A stretch of 64,000 nt of DNA from Octopus sinensis (GCF_006345805.1 NC_043004.1:71858001-71922000), one strand, 5' to 3'; positions 34,870 to 48,630 are shown, counted from the first letter of the stretch. Notes: generated from the sequence alone by a model not told the origin. Numbers and translations: made by a program.

Positions 34870-37330
34870 GAGAGCAACTGTTCGACCTTAACTCCACAAA
34901 TCAACGATGCTTGAGCAATATACGAGCGCGGGCAGGACAGTTTCGTTGCTCTGCTCGCATCTCGGACAGGCATGGCTTATGGCACTACCATACCCGAAGA
35001 GTTCATCTCAAACCACCAATGCCGATCTAGTACCATTTACCACTGCCATAACAGACATCTTTGTATATTATCCATAGACTCTGGCCCGAAAGTCCTCCGG
35101 AACAGAGCAGCCAGTGGATTCCCATCAGAAGCTCTCTGATGACGACATCGCTCTTACACCTCACTAATCCTCTATGGAATGCGACAAAGTAACAGCCACC
35201 ACCGACTGCGTTGCTTTACTGGCAGAGAGATGCAAGCATCTGAGGACTCTCCAGCTGTCAGGCGCCCAGACTCGGTTAACGTTTCATCTAGTACTGCAGC
35301 ACTGACAGAGAGACTAGCAGCAGAAAAGTGTGTCTAACAAACGGCAACTATACCTGCTCCCCGCCACAGAAACACTGGAGATGTCGTAGCCTCATTGCAT
35401 GTCTGCAAGTCATCAGCCACGGTATACCCAGTCCTCCACTCAGCTGATGTAGACTGCAAATGGAGTGCCTGAGCAGTAGAATGCGTCCTTTCCATAGAAA
35501 GCTGAAGAATTAGCACACCATTTTCACCATCCACAAAGCAGAGGAAACCAATACAGAGGGTAGTAAATTATAGATGCGATGAGAGCATTTGCCACCCACT
35601 CCACATACTAGGCAAGTGGATATGGTGTTGAAACACCCCGCCCTTCGGTTTGATGTTGAGAAGGATATCCTTTGTGCTTCTATTCTGAAGGCATGGCCTA
35701 TGATGTAAGTCATGTCCAGCTCCACCGATTTATTTTCTGAGTCTAGGAAAATGGTCCGTATTCAGAGATCAAGACCTTTCTGAAACAACGCAACTATTCC
35801 ATCATGCATTCCCGGAAGTTTTGTAGATGCAAACAGTTCGTAGTCACCGAAGATGGGTACAAATGCTCGTGCCTCGGAAATTCTGTTACGCCGATAGCCA
35901 CCACATTGATATCTAGTGACTTGAGATCATTGAGCATCCAAGGCGACTCCAGATTATATGCATTCACATCGCCTATTATGAGTATGGAAATTTTTGCAAA
36001 GAGAGAGAAGGAGAGTGAAAAAACCCTCACTCTATTTTTGTGAAGAGATAGATTTTCCACCCTTCCAGCTAGATATAGGTATCTCTGCAAGCATCTCGTT
36101 GTAGAATTTTTATTGATAGCTCTCGGAATTTCCCATCCCCTTGGGATATTTTGTTTCTAGTTTGTTGTAGATTTCTTGCGCTGTTTTTATGATACTTATA
36201 TGAGTTGGGATGTTATGTGGATTTGTGATGTATTCATTGTATTGAGGAATATGTTTTGTTGTTCTTTCTGTGTATGGTCGTATATTTGACGATACTTTTT
36301 GATTGCAAAGTTTGAGGATGCTGTTCATGTTGTTGGCTTGCATTGTGATATGTCTTCGTTTGTCGATGTGTTTATAATATTGGTGGTGTTTCTAGTTTTG
36401 AAAAGGTTTGTGGTTGTGTTGATGTTAGTGTTGTTGATGTGCCTGGTGTGATGGTCTGTCTGTTTCTGTGTCTTGTCCTCTAGTCTCTTCGTGTTTTGTC
36501 TGCTACAGCATTTTCAATTCTCCATTTTTTAAAATCTCTTTTCCTTTACGAGTATCTATTCTACTTGTCACTCCCAAACTAAGTTCGTCATGAGTCGAGT
36601 TTTCAATGTCGGAGAAATCTGAGAGAGGTACAATGGGTATTTTGCGCATTCTTGTATTATTTTGTGTCGGGAGTTTGACTGAGTGAAGTTTCTTTGGATA
36701 GTGGCGCTGTACGTCACATTCTTCTTTTCCTTGGAAGTGGCATTGCTGTCTGCTGCCGATATTGTTGACTTTTTATCTCGTTCTTTTAGTGCATCCGTTG
36801 TTGATATATTTATATTGTTGCTTTTCAGACAGCTGCAGTTGATGCTGCTGATGCTGCTGTTATGGTGAAGTTGATGAAAACAGAGGCTGGAGGATTCCTC
36901 ATTTCTTCATTTTGTATGTGTGCACCGGACATAAAGCTTTTAGATGGTTTGCATCTCCATACATGTGGCTTCTCGTCAGTCTGACCTCAGCTGCTACGAA
37001 AAGTTGCTTTCCATTTACTACAGAAAAAGATGCGTTCAGATGGCGGGGTAGTAATCTACTACAGCACTAAGATTTCTGATATGTGTTTTTCTGTGCAATG
37101 AAAAGTAAATTGTCCCTTTTCTGTACTTAAAATATCTGTGTTGTCTCAACTTAGAAGCCCTAAATTTCCTTTCCATAGGTTTTGGTATGAGACAATTCTC
37201 TATAAAATCTTTCAAACCCTCACTTCACTCTTTCAACGCTTTCACCATTTCTTTCAAGTTTTCGCGATAAGGCCTTTGTATTTTGAAGCACACTTTCACA
37301 ATTTTTCTTCTATATTTCTAATCAGATATT
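34870..37330 (-). mobile_element. Heavily degraded, internally deleted L1/Tx1-like LINE
   Basis: ORF1 knuckle remnant near 36920-36960; APE N-terminus (IGDVNAYNL..LNDLKSLDINVVAIGVTE; LDMTYIIGHAFRI); C-terminal zinc motif CPRCEQSNETVLPALVYC..LW at about 34890-34975; RT core not seen. Confidence 0.6.
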
Positions 37331-37530
37331 CTCAACGAGAATACGCTCCTTCTCTCTCTCCCACTGTCTATATCTCGCACGCACACACATGCATACGCGC
37401 GCACACACACACATACCCATTTATGTGTATGTTATCTATCTTTATATGTATGCATACACGCACGCATAAATACATACATACATATATATATAAACACATA
37501 CATACATACATACATACATACATACATACA

Positions 37531-37563
<33 letters not shown>

Positions 37564-37564
37564 G

Positions 37565-38690
37565 TACGAGGGTCGGCTGAGATACTCTCATGGAATGTGA
37601 CCAAATGAAGTCTATTTTTCAATATAGTGCCCCTTGCAGATCACATACTCCTTCAATCGGTGTTAGTCAGTTTTCCTGGGTTTTTGGTCTCGATAGCCTT
37701 TCGTAACTGCCTCAGCAAATTGGCATAGTACTCTCCCTATAATGCTCCTTGCAGTCCGTCCACATACTCCTTCAATCAGTGTTGCAGTGTTTGGATCCCA
37801 ATGATGAAGAACTTTTCATCCTGCTGGTCGAAAACGTCATCAGCAGCAGATACGAGATCATCATCACTGTGATGCTGGCATCCAGCCAAGTGTTTTTGCA
37901 CGTTGGTGGAACAAATGATAGTGAAATAAGGCCTAATCAGAAGAATAGAAACTGTGATCAAGCAATTCAAAGCTACAGCCACGCTCAATAGCCATTGAAA
38001 CCAAGGACTTGTATGCTGGAGAGTTTTCCTAATGCCACAAGATCCCTCTGGTCAGTTTTCTTGGGCCTTTGGTCTTGATTGTCTTTCGTAAGTGCCTCGG
38101 CAAATTGGCATATTACTCTCCATTGATAATTTGGCCAATTTGAAGATAGTCAATAAACACAATACTTTAGCAGTCCCCACAACTGAGGCTGTTACGTCCT
38201 CCGCAGATGAAACAATTTCGTCCTTCTTTGGAGCAGGCGAAGAAGGGCATTTCTACTGCATTCATTCTCTTCGTCTCTGGATCAAAGTGATGAAACCAAC
38301 ACTCATCCTGAGGTAGAAATTACTCAATGAAATCAGCTGAATCTGCTTCAAACAATGTCAGATTTTGCCATGATGTGATCGACCTGGTGTGCTTTTGATC
38401 AGGTAAGAGAAGACTTGGCACCCACCGAGCAGAAGCGTTCGTCGTGCCAAGTTCATTGCGCAGAATATTCTGAACGCACTTACAAGACATGTGATGATAA
38501 TAGCATTGACTATTTGAATAGAAATCAACCGCCTGCCATCCATCATCATGTTTTCCTCGGTGCTGGCAGGTGCAGGACGTCCAGACCTTGGGCCCTCTCC
38601 GTTCTCCTCTTAAATTCAGCTGGCCACTTTTGCACCGTTGATAAAGTTGGAGATTCCATTAAATAGTTGACCCATTGTGAAATACATAAT
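37565..38690 (-). mobile_element. Degraded mariner-family element
   Basis: TACGAGGG-type terminus; minus-strand transposase C-terminal remnant QQDEKFFIIGIQTLQH. Confidence 0.6.
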
Positions 38691-38728
38691 AAATTAGTGT
38701 AATGGAACCAGGTCATGTGTTTTTAATT

Positions 38729-39250
<522 letters not shown>

Positions 39251-39412
39251 AAATAATGACACTCCTTGAGATACACCGAAACTCTGATTCTACCCACGAA
39301 TTTACATCAGGAATCTTAGAAACCAAATTCAAAAGAAGCAGGCGATCTTTGTGTTATTTTGTTTACCTTTTTTAGAAGACAATCATTTAAGAAAAACTGA
39401 AAATTGTTTTAC

Positions 39413-39507
39413 CTCTTTGATAGGCAAACTGTCCCAATACAGATAAAGAGGATTTTTTGTAAAGCCATCTGCAGTCATTTCAAACATGTTCACATAATTA
39501 TCTGGAC
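39413..39507 (-). CDS. Host gene exon (GPDNYVNMFEMTADGFTKNPLYLYWDSLPIKE)
   Basis: CACACAG acceptor, GTAAAA donor, 95 nt, phase 1 to 0; joins in frame to 34625 as WDSLPIKE|VRLNL. Confidence 0.75.
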
Positions 39508-41190
39508 CTGTGTGAAGGATAAATTATTAACGAATGTTTTAAATGTAAGATGACAAACAAGGCTTTAAGCTAAAATTTCATATTTTAGAGAAAGAGTTAC
39601 GAATAAAAAGTCTAATTGATAAATATCATGGGAATACAGGTTCTTAATTAATATTAGAAAAATGATATTTCTTAATGACTAATTCATATATGCCATCTAC
39701 CTGAAAAACAGTTTAGGTAGTGTTGGGCAAAGGAAAAATTATAAAAAAAAAACTAGAATATTAATATGTAGTAGTATAATTCTAATTTATTTCGTCAAAT
39801 AGAGGAAATAATAACTAACATGCTTCTGTTTTATTACGTCCTCATCAGTGGGGTATTGACTTCCATGTACTTTCTGAAGTGGCGGTTGGAGAAGTGCTAA
39901 GTAAATATACAAGAATGTACCCTTGTTGGTGTAGAAAACTAACAGTTTTTCAGAGAATAAATTATTCAGAGAAGATATCTATCTACAAAAGATTTGATTT
40001 AGTCAGACTGAATACAGTTTTGCTGGTTACAGTCAAGCTGGAGCCATGCTATGACAAAATCTTGTAGTGTTTCATTGCTTAAAAGCAGTTTTGTTATGAG
40101 AATAAATATATTGAAGAATTGATTTTGTCACTTTAATGATTGTAAGAGTTCATTGGAATTAATTGTTATACGAACAGCTTTTGTAATTATTTTTCGACTA
40201 AGACCGTAATGTGTTTTAATCGTCTCAGTAAGTTCATTTAAAAAGACTGATTGATAGAGGAATATTTACACCACTTACATTTCTCATAACTTGTCCTTCA
40301 GTAAAATTTCCCTTTTAGTTGGAGAGGTAGCAAACAAAAACCTACTGTTACCATTCCGTGACTTTGAAAGGAAAGTGGAGATAATTTCAAGAAATTTAAA
40401 ATTTATTTACCAGCAGCAAGGAAAAGAACTGCCGTTTGCTTTCCGGCAAGGGGACACCTACGGGTATATTTTAGTCTTGTTGGTCCTTGGTGAACTGAGT
40501 CGCTAAACAGAGTTATATGGGTTTAACAAAATAAGGAAATGTCTTCAGCAGATACTAAATCATTATACATATTGTGGTAATGTATAGCAGACCACCAAAA
40601 TCCCAGTTACATAACCGAAGGAAATAGTAAAATAGACCCGTAGACAATGTATTCTACGTTCGATTTGCCCTGATATTTTGTAATATTTTAAAACGAAATT
40701 ATTGGACCTAATATTAATTTGTGATTGGGAGAGTTCCATAGATTTAAGGAGAGGGTACAGACTATCTCAAGGACCATAGTAATTAGCTGGTGCTTAGATT
40801 ATAGACGCTAGCGGACATTGATAGAATTTGAAAGCGACGTTATTAGATACGGCACTGGATTGTATCAGTGGCGCAACCGATTCCATTCGGCCTTACATTT
40901 GACATTATACTAAATAATGAATTTCACGAATGAAATCTACAGAGTATTCTTCTACACTTCTGCTCAGAATTTAATGTATTTTGTAATTCTAATGAATTAC
41001 CAAATTCAATTGTCTTGAAGCAGTGAAAGACAAAATTCTTTGTTGCCGTTGAATTTTGCCCCAGCGTATTTTCTTTTGCATCTTATTTTCGTTGTAACTC
41101 GTAGTTTGCCAAAAATGTCCAAATAATTTGCTAAAGTTAATTTTTCAAAACTAAAACGCAAAAGACACAAATTATAAGGAGAAATATTTA

Positions 41191-41593
41191 ATCTTTTCTA
41201 CTCTAGGAACAAGGCCCGAAATGTTTGCGGAGGTAGGGGGGTCTGTCGAAAAGATCGACCCTAGTACGCAACTGGTATTTAATTTATCGACTCCGAAAGG
41301 ATGAAAGGCATAGTCGATCTCGGCGGAATTTAAACTCAGAACGTAACGGCAGACGAAATACCTATTTCTTTACTACCCACAAGGGGCTAAACACGAGGGG
41401 ACAAACAAGGACAGACAAACGGATTAAGTCGATTATATCGACCCCAGTGCGTAACTGGTACTTATTTAATCGACCCCGAAATGATCAAAGGCAAAGTCGA
41501 CCTCGGCGGAATTTGAACTCAGAACGTAGCGGCAGACGAAATACTTCTAAGCATTTCGCCCGGCGTGCTAACGTTTCTGCCAGCTCGCCGCCT
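41191..41593 (-). mobile_element. SINE family 1, head plus two units, with TSD
   Basis: GAGAAATATTTA duplicated at 41179-41190 and 41597-41608. Confidence 0.9.
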
Positions 41594-41675
41594 TAAGAGA
41601 AATATTTATTAAAGTTTATTAAGCAGTTTTTGTTTAATAACTTCAACATTGTAGATTCAATATTTTCTGATTCAA

Positions 41676-42488
41676 AGGCGGCGAGCTAGAAGAATCGTTA
41701 GCACGCCGGACGAAATGCTTTTCGGTATTTCGTCTGCCGCTACGTGCTGAGTTCAAATTCAACTGAAGTCGACTTTGCCTTTAATCCTTTCGGGGTCGAT
41801 AAATTAAGCACCAGTTACGCACAGGGGGTCGATGTAATCGACTTACTCCGTTTGACTGTCTTGTTTATTCCCTCTGTGTCTAGCCCCTTGTGGGTAGTAA
41901 AGAAATAGGTATTTCGTCTGCCGCTACGTTGTGAGTTCAAATTCCGCCGAGGTCGACTTTACCTTTCATCCTTTCGGGGTGGATTAAATAAGTACCAGTT
42001 ACGCACTGGGGTCGATATAATCGACTTAATCCGTTTGTCTGTTCTTGTTTTTCCTCTCTGTGTTTAGTCCCTTGTGGGTAGTAAAGAAATAGGTATTTCG
42101 TCTGTCATTACGTTCTGAGATCAAACTCCTCTGAGGTCGACTTTGTCCTTCATCCTTTCAGAGTTGATAAATTAAATACCATTTGTGTACTGGGCTCGAT
42201 CTCATCGACTGACCACTTCACCCAAAATTTCGGGCCTTGTTCCTAGAGTAGAAAAGAATATTTTCTGATTCAAAGACGGGGAGCTGTCAGAAACGTTAGC
42301 ACACCGGGTGACATGTTTAGCGGTATTTCGTCCGTCTTTACGTTCTGAGTTCAAATTTGGCCGTGGTTGACTTTGCCTTTCCTCCTTTCGGGGTCGATGA
42401 ATTAAGTACCAGTTGCATACTGTGGTTGATCTAATCGAGTTGCCCCCAATCCCCCAAAATTTGGGGCCTTGTGCCTAGAGTAGAAAGG
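41676..42488 (+). mobile_element. SINE family 1: a three-unit concatemer (41676-42256) followed by a monomer (42274-42488)
   Basis: Heads GGCGGCGAGCT..GTTAGCAC; AATATTTTCTGATTCA occurs at 41659, 42257 and 42489. Confidence 0.9.
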
Positions 42489-42699
42489 AATATTTTCTGA
42501 TTCACTACAAAATGGACAAATGAATGAACGAAGAATGAAGAAATCAACCAATCAACTGATTTACTGAGCAGACAAACGAAGTGGAAAAGAAGACAGATGC
42601 AACCTAAGTTTGATACGCGACCAGAATATTTCTTGATTGATTCATGCTTTTGCTTGATGAGACGAGGGTCATCTCAGGTCAGTGGTTCTAGAGATGTCA

Positions 42700-43020
42700 T
42701 CATGCGGAGAGCCGGCTTGGTTCACCAGTGTTCTCCATCGCTGGCGGTTCGAGCCAGGTACTTTGCATCCTCGAAGGCGACGTGAAGCCTCTCGCGATCT
42801 TGCTTTATCATGTCCAGCCATCTGATGCAGGGCCTGTCAGAAGTGCTTATCATGCCCAGCCATCTGGTGCCTCTTCCAGCCACGAGGCCTCTTGCATCCC
42901 GCAGCTGCTGCGTTGAATGAAAGTAACGCCCTGGTCGGATGATTTAGCGGGAGATGGCCAGCGTGTCCGTACTGGTGCATGCGACGGATAGCTATGAGGT
43001 GGGAAGCTGTGGGCTAATGC
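42700..43020 (-). mobile_element. RTE-type LINE 3' fragment
   Basis: Minus-strand translation YGH..LPLNHPTRALL..KRPRG..W.D.I..NRQRWRTLV. Confidence 0.55.
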
Positions 43021-43196
43021 GTACGCTCCCGCTACGAGAATACTGGTTAGTATATCTACACGTAGCAGGTAGATACACTACCATTGTATCTACAGATACA
43101 AATAGTAGTGTATCTACCTTGTACTGCATAAGGCATAACACCTGAAATGAAATATAATGGAAATAATTTAATTTCAAGAAAGTGTTATTTACATAC

Positions 43197-43536
43197 CGTC
43201 AGTGTCTATTTTAAAATACAGAGTACACGAGCAAATGTTAGGTCCCATCATAATCTCTCCCTTGTCCTTTTCATATAGCATACATTCGTCATCGCAATAC
43301 CTAAAGGCGGTATAATTGCTTCGCAAACAATACGAGGCACATTCAATTATGGATGTCGCCGATTTTACTACTTTCGTTTGTAAATCCGGCAAGCAGTTTG
43401 GTTCGGATAGTTTTTCAAAGTAACTTTGGGCTACAAAATCCTGTGGGTTTCCACTTGCCAAATTCACAAAACAGATAAGGCCCAAAGCCAGCAGCACTTT
43501 CAGAAGATTTAAATGATATACATTTGATATTTCCAT
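43197..43536 (-). CDS. Host gene exon: signal peptide plus PAN/Apple-like cysteine domain
   Basis: TTTTACAG|ATG acceptor, GTATGT donor, 340 nt; LLKVLLALGLICFVNLASG signal peptide; SIIECASYCLRSNYTAFRY..DECMLY PAN-like pattern. Confidence 0.8.
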
Positions 43537-43548
43537 CTGTAAAAGAAA

Positions 43549-43625
<77 letters not shown>

Positions 43626-44281
43626 TTACAATTATAAAGAGGTATATAAACACATATACACATTAATGTAGTCACATAGATAGATATATAAACAGATACA
43701 TTGGCAGATAAGCAGTTAATAATCATAAATAAATCCAGTAAGATTATGGAACAAGGAAGTGACAAGCAAGAAAATAATGCATAAAGTCAGACGAATAAAA
43801 CACATGGTGGAAATATGAAATGAAAGAAAACAATGTAAGAGTGTGGACAGTGACAATAAATGCGTGAATGACCCATCCCCTCGAAAATCCAATGCTTTGT
43901 GTATACATGTTATCAAAGAGAAGGAAAAGAAATGAGAGAAACAAGAAATACCGGAACAAATTAATTAAAAGTGAGACCGTATTTACGGCGTCCATTTATC
44001 TAGCAGTAAATGTGTGTGGATGTGTATGATTGTGGTTGGGTGGGTGTTGTAATTATTTATAGACCTGTATATATACAAAAACACTTTCTCACTCGCTTTT
44101 TTCTCTTTTATACTCACACACACACACATTTTGTTGTGTCTAGAGAGAGTCATTAGGACAATAGTATTAATACACGCATTATGTAAATAATATTGGCATA
44201 AACTCTCCCTACACACAACAAAATATGCTTGAACACACAAATTTACCTGAAGAATCTTGCAGACCAGAGACAAAAACGAAG

Positions 44282-44318
<37 letters not shown>

Positions 44319-44434
44319 TCATTGATGGATTTTAAATAGGAATGGCGCTCTGTGTTCCATCTCGGAAATTTACTAAGTTGACAGTTATAAAATTTTTTAA
44401 ATCAACAACTTTTAAAAATCAAACTAATCGAATT

Positions 44435-44781
44435 CCTGTTCTATATTTAAGAGATGAGGAATTATGTACATTATTTACATTATTTACATTCGACCTGGTT
44501 TCTCTTTCCTAAGGTACTTTTTTGTATTTTTCGATGTTATTATTACTATTATTATTGTTGTTGTTGTTATTGTTGTTGTGGTTGTGGTTGTGGTGAGGAC
44601 AAATATCAAGAATATTGTTAAGGACAAGATGAGGATAAATATCCGTTAAATGTAAATAATGTAAATAATGTAAACCACTACGCCATATGCCCACGGGTAT
44701 ATGGCGTAAAAGTTAAGAGCGCGGGCTACTAACCCCAAGATCCCACGTTCGATTCCAAGAAGTGACCTGAACAACAACAAC

Positions 44782-44824
<43 letters not shown>

Positions 44825-44995
44825 TCGAAAAATACAAAAAATACCCTAGGAATGAGAACCCAGGTTCAAAATTTCCCCAAGACACCTGAAGAATGCTGGG
44901 GGTTATATCAGCCGAAACGTTGTGTTAACAAACAAGCTGAGGGCAAATATCTGTCAAATGTAAATAATGTAAATAATGTAAATATTGTAAATAAT
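44435..44995 (+). mobile_element. Non-autonomous tRNA-head plus hammerhead pseudo-LTR unit with rearranged inverted 5' part
   Basis: Same family as 18530-18812 but with no ORF; hammerhead core CTGAAGA...GAAAC intact at 44881-44925. Confidence 0.8.
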
Positions 44996-46699
44996 CGAAT
45001 TTCTGTCATTCTGACTTTTGTTCACGTCATGACCTTTCCCAATACGTCATGATCCATTAACTCTAACAAATCTGATTCTGCTGGATGACGTTGCTATTTC
45101 AAGTTTATGTAAAATGTGTATTCCAACTATATCCAAATTTTTGCTTCGTCGCAGCTATTCTTGCCGACAATAAAATGTGCGCAAAAACTGAAATCTATAG
45201 AGTGGAATTTAAGTCTGAATTTCAGTTAATAAGAATTGATTAGAATTTAATCCTACTCTCAGTATTCTGACTACCCCTACCCACCAAGAAACGTTATACT
45301 TGGTTTAAAGTAATAACCTTAATTTTATACATACATACACGCATATACGAGCAAATATATACATTATAAATAGAATAAAATTCATTGAACAAATTGTAAA
45401 CATAAGGCTGAACAACGGCGAAAATTGTTCTTGGCCAGTAAAATATGATATTCCTTCCATTGCAAAACTAAAATTTATGCAGGAAAACTTTTTTATGCGA
45501 AAACTATTTTCAGTACGAAAACATGTAAGTATTATGAAGTTTGCTCTCTCTTTTTTTGTGTAGCGCGTGTAAGATAGAACTTGTGAAAATATTAATCGAC
45601 CCCACTACTCAGTTGGTACTTATTTTATCACCATCGACACGCTGACAGAGATTTTGAGAGTCTTCAACGCGATGTTCCTTCTGCTCAGTGGTCAGCAGGC
45701 GGGGGACAAACTTGGAAGTGACACGCCGCATGTCAGTCTAGATAAGCTTGCATTTTCAGAGAAAGAAATCAACCAAGTTAACTGCACATTACAAATACAA
45801 TCTGTTAAGTGCAAAAGTATGCAAGACTTCTCTCATGTTTGAAATGTGACATTGTTTTGTTATCTACATTCCACCGATGGAGATTTGAATTTGTTATTTC
45901 TGTATTTTTTTTGTATTTTGATTATAATTGTATCTTGTCTGTCACTGTATCTATGGGTTTAGCATTTTGTCTGTAAGCTACAGAAAATCACACAACAACT
46001 TGGGTATGCATTCTCACACGTAGAATCTAACGAAGGACTTTTTTTAAACAATCACTTGAGGAGGCACACTTACACCTTGGATGCATGATAATGATTACAC
46101 AACATCTCATCAATGTACTATGGGTGTAAAAATGTGTCGAAACAATTGTAATGACTTTTATAGAAAAAGAATGTCGTTTATTCCATTCCCTATCCTTTAT
46201 TTATTTCTATAAACTCTACAGATACTATAGAATGCCAGATGTATATTCCATGGCAGGATCATTTCCACTGTATGATGAGATCAGGCAGCCAATAACTATA
46301 GACGGGCTTGGCATAGCGTTCTACTCGAATCTTATGTATGCATAAATTTTGTTGAGGTGTGCAAGTCTTTATATTGATAAAAGAAGGCGGTGAGCTAGCA
46401 GAATAGTTGGCACCGCTTAAACGTCTGCGTTCAAATGCTGCCTGGGTCGACTATGCCTTTCATTCTTTTATTCACTGGGGTCTATGTAATCGACGTAATC
46501 TCTCTCCTAAAACCGCTGGCCTTCTTCAAACATTTGAAACCAATATTATCAAGAGCAAGCAGATAGTGAAAACCCTTGGCAAAGTAACACCAAATTCCCT
46601 CAACGATTAGCCGGAGAGGATTTTTGAGATGAGACTATCTGAAATAAACTCGATTGCTCTCACAAGCGAGAATACTAAAAATGAACCCGACCGCTCTCA

Positions 46700-46920
46700 A
46701 AATTTAAGTAAAAACAACAGGAAAAATATTCCGGAATCCTTGTCCGGTACCGGATCGATCCTTAAATCTAATCAGTTCGTGCCAATCACGAGACCAAAGA
46801 TCCTTAAAAGTTTCATTCGAATCCATCCAGCGATTCTTGAGGTATCTTGCTCACGGACAAACAAGCAAACAAACACGACTGAAAAACAATACCTCCGCCT
46901 AAACGAAGGTGTATGTAATA
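46700..46920 (+). mobile_element. Helitron-like non-autonomous 3' end
   Basis: AAGTTTCATTCGAATCCATCC..ACGGACAAACAAGCAAACAAAC..AATACCTCCGCC..GAAGG hairpin end. Confidence 0.35.
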
Positions 46921-47099
46921 AAATAAAGCAGTCAGAATTTAGATAGATATTATTCATTGAACGCTTTTATTCCTTTCAAGAATTCATTATAAATGTTGGG
47001 CTGTTGAAAATTTTATATATTTGTGAGTTCGTTGAAAAAAGTCAACAATTCAATGAGTTCTCATCGGTTTTGGAAAAACAATGTTTATATGGACCAATA

Positions 47100-47838
47100 C
47101 CTCAAGTCCATACTCCGAACAGTTCCCCTCCGTAGTTCTTGATATTTCTATTATCTAAGTGTCCTCCTCTGAGTTGAAGGGGATAGCTGCCACCAGCAAC
47201 ACCTCATCAATTTCTGGGGGAACTTTCACCTATTCTTACTCTGACCGCACGTTTGCCACAATAAGTCTGTATCAGCGCCCACTCTGCTGATCGCAAAGTC
47301 ACAGTGGAGTATTTCCTCGCTTCTTCATTCACAAAGCGTACCTCCACTGTGCCGTATTTCCTTCCTCTGGTGTAGTAGGTCACTACATTCTTAATTTCTC
47401 TGAGGCACTCCTCGACCGCCTCCACCGCTGCTATTTCCACCTTTTTTGAAGCAAGTTTCAGTGTTACTTTTTCCGATCTTTCTGTTACTTCTTTCGGAGC
47501 GTGGGCGTTAACCTCAGGCTATCTCCCTCCTTTCTTTATAAATCATTGTATTTTTTGAAGTTTTCCTCTTTCAATTTTATCTCTTTAACTTGAAGTCCCT
47601 CCGCTGACAGGCTTTTGCCAGTCACTGCATCATAACTGCCCGCTTGCACTGCTGGTGTACTTTCCATATTATTCACAACGTCACCCATAAATGGCGAAAA
47701 AAATTTTAAAAACGGTAACAAGTTAAACAGGTAACAACAATCCAACAATTCAATAATTAACAGTTAAACGAAAACGGTACTCACAAGGAGCGTATACACT
47801 TCCAACTCACTAACTCAAACAAAACACTAACGACAGCG
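47100..47838 (-). mobile_element. ORF1-only family copy E, 3'-truncated pseudogene (ATG at 47667)
   Basis: SYDAVTGKS..KEGDSL..VEECLREI..YYTRGRKYGTVEVRF..LRSAEW..TYCGKRAVRVRI. Confidence 0.8.
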
Positions 47839-48223
47839 GGCTAACGCGTCTGCCAGCTCGCCGCCTTGAGAACATCATTAATAATGTCGATTAATTATTT
47901 GGTCTGGTTCATTTGGAATTTGGAAAATGAATATTTTGAATAACTTCTCATATTTTTATAAATATATTTATTTTGGGTAAGAGTTTTTAATGGAAAATGT
48001 ATTTCCATTTCTTTCCGATATCTGATATTTGCACATATTTCTATAGCTTTAATCAGTGGAATCTCAATAATTCTATTTGTTTCGGGGATGCTGTCTGTTG
48101 ACTCACAAATATATAACAGGAATAATTTCCAACAGGGCAAAATTCAAGATGAATCCCAAAGGCAATGAAAGCGCTCAATAAATTATATTGACTTCATTGT
48201 TCATATATATATATATGTAATAA

Positions 48224-48265
<42 letters not shown>

Positions 48266-48268
48266 CAA

Positions 48269-48332
<64 letters not shown>

Positions 48333-48413
48333 GGTAAAATTAATTAATCAATTTAACCAAGTAGCTCGGTATATTAAAAAAATCATTATCGGTAAACTTT
48401 ATAATTATAATCA

Positions 48414-48613
48414 TAATTATAATTAGGTTTCAGCAAAATTGCTTCACCACATAACGAAATTTAGAAATAGCAGTTAAATACTATTGTACTACCATAAGAT
48501 ATCTCTCAGCCAGCAATACTGGGAGATATCTTATGGTATTAGAATAGTATTTAAATGCTATTTCTAAATTTCGGTATATGGTGAAGCAATTTTGCTGAAA
48601 CCTAATTATAATT
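48414..48613. repeat. ~95-bp-stem palindrome between (AAT)n and (TA)n
   Basis: AATTAGGTTTCAGCAAAATTGCTTCACCA pairs with TGGTGAAGCAATTTTGCTGAAACCTAATT. Confidence 0.9.
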
Positions 48614-48630
48614 GTGCTTATAATTATAAA

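Noticed and set aside
39820-41150. Further host exon candidates (about 39820-39920, 40416-40500, 41000-41150)
   Set aside because: Splice phases or reading frames could not be reconciled unambiguously; left uncalled.
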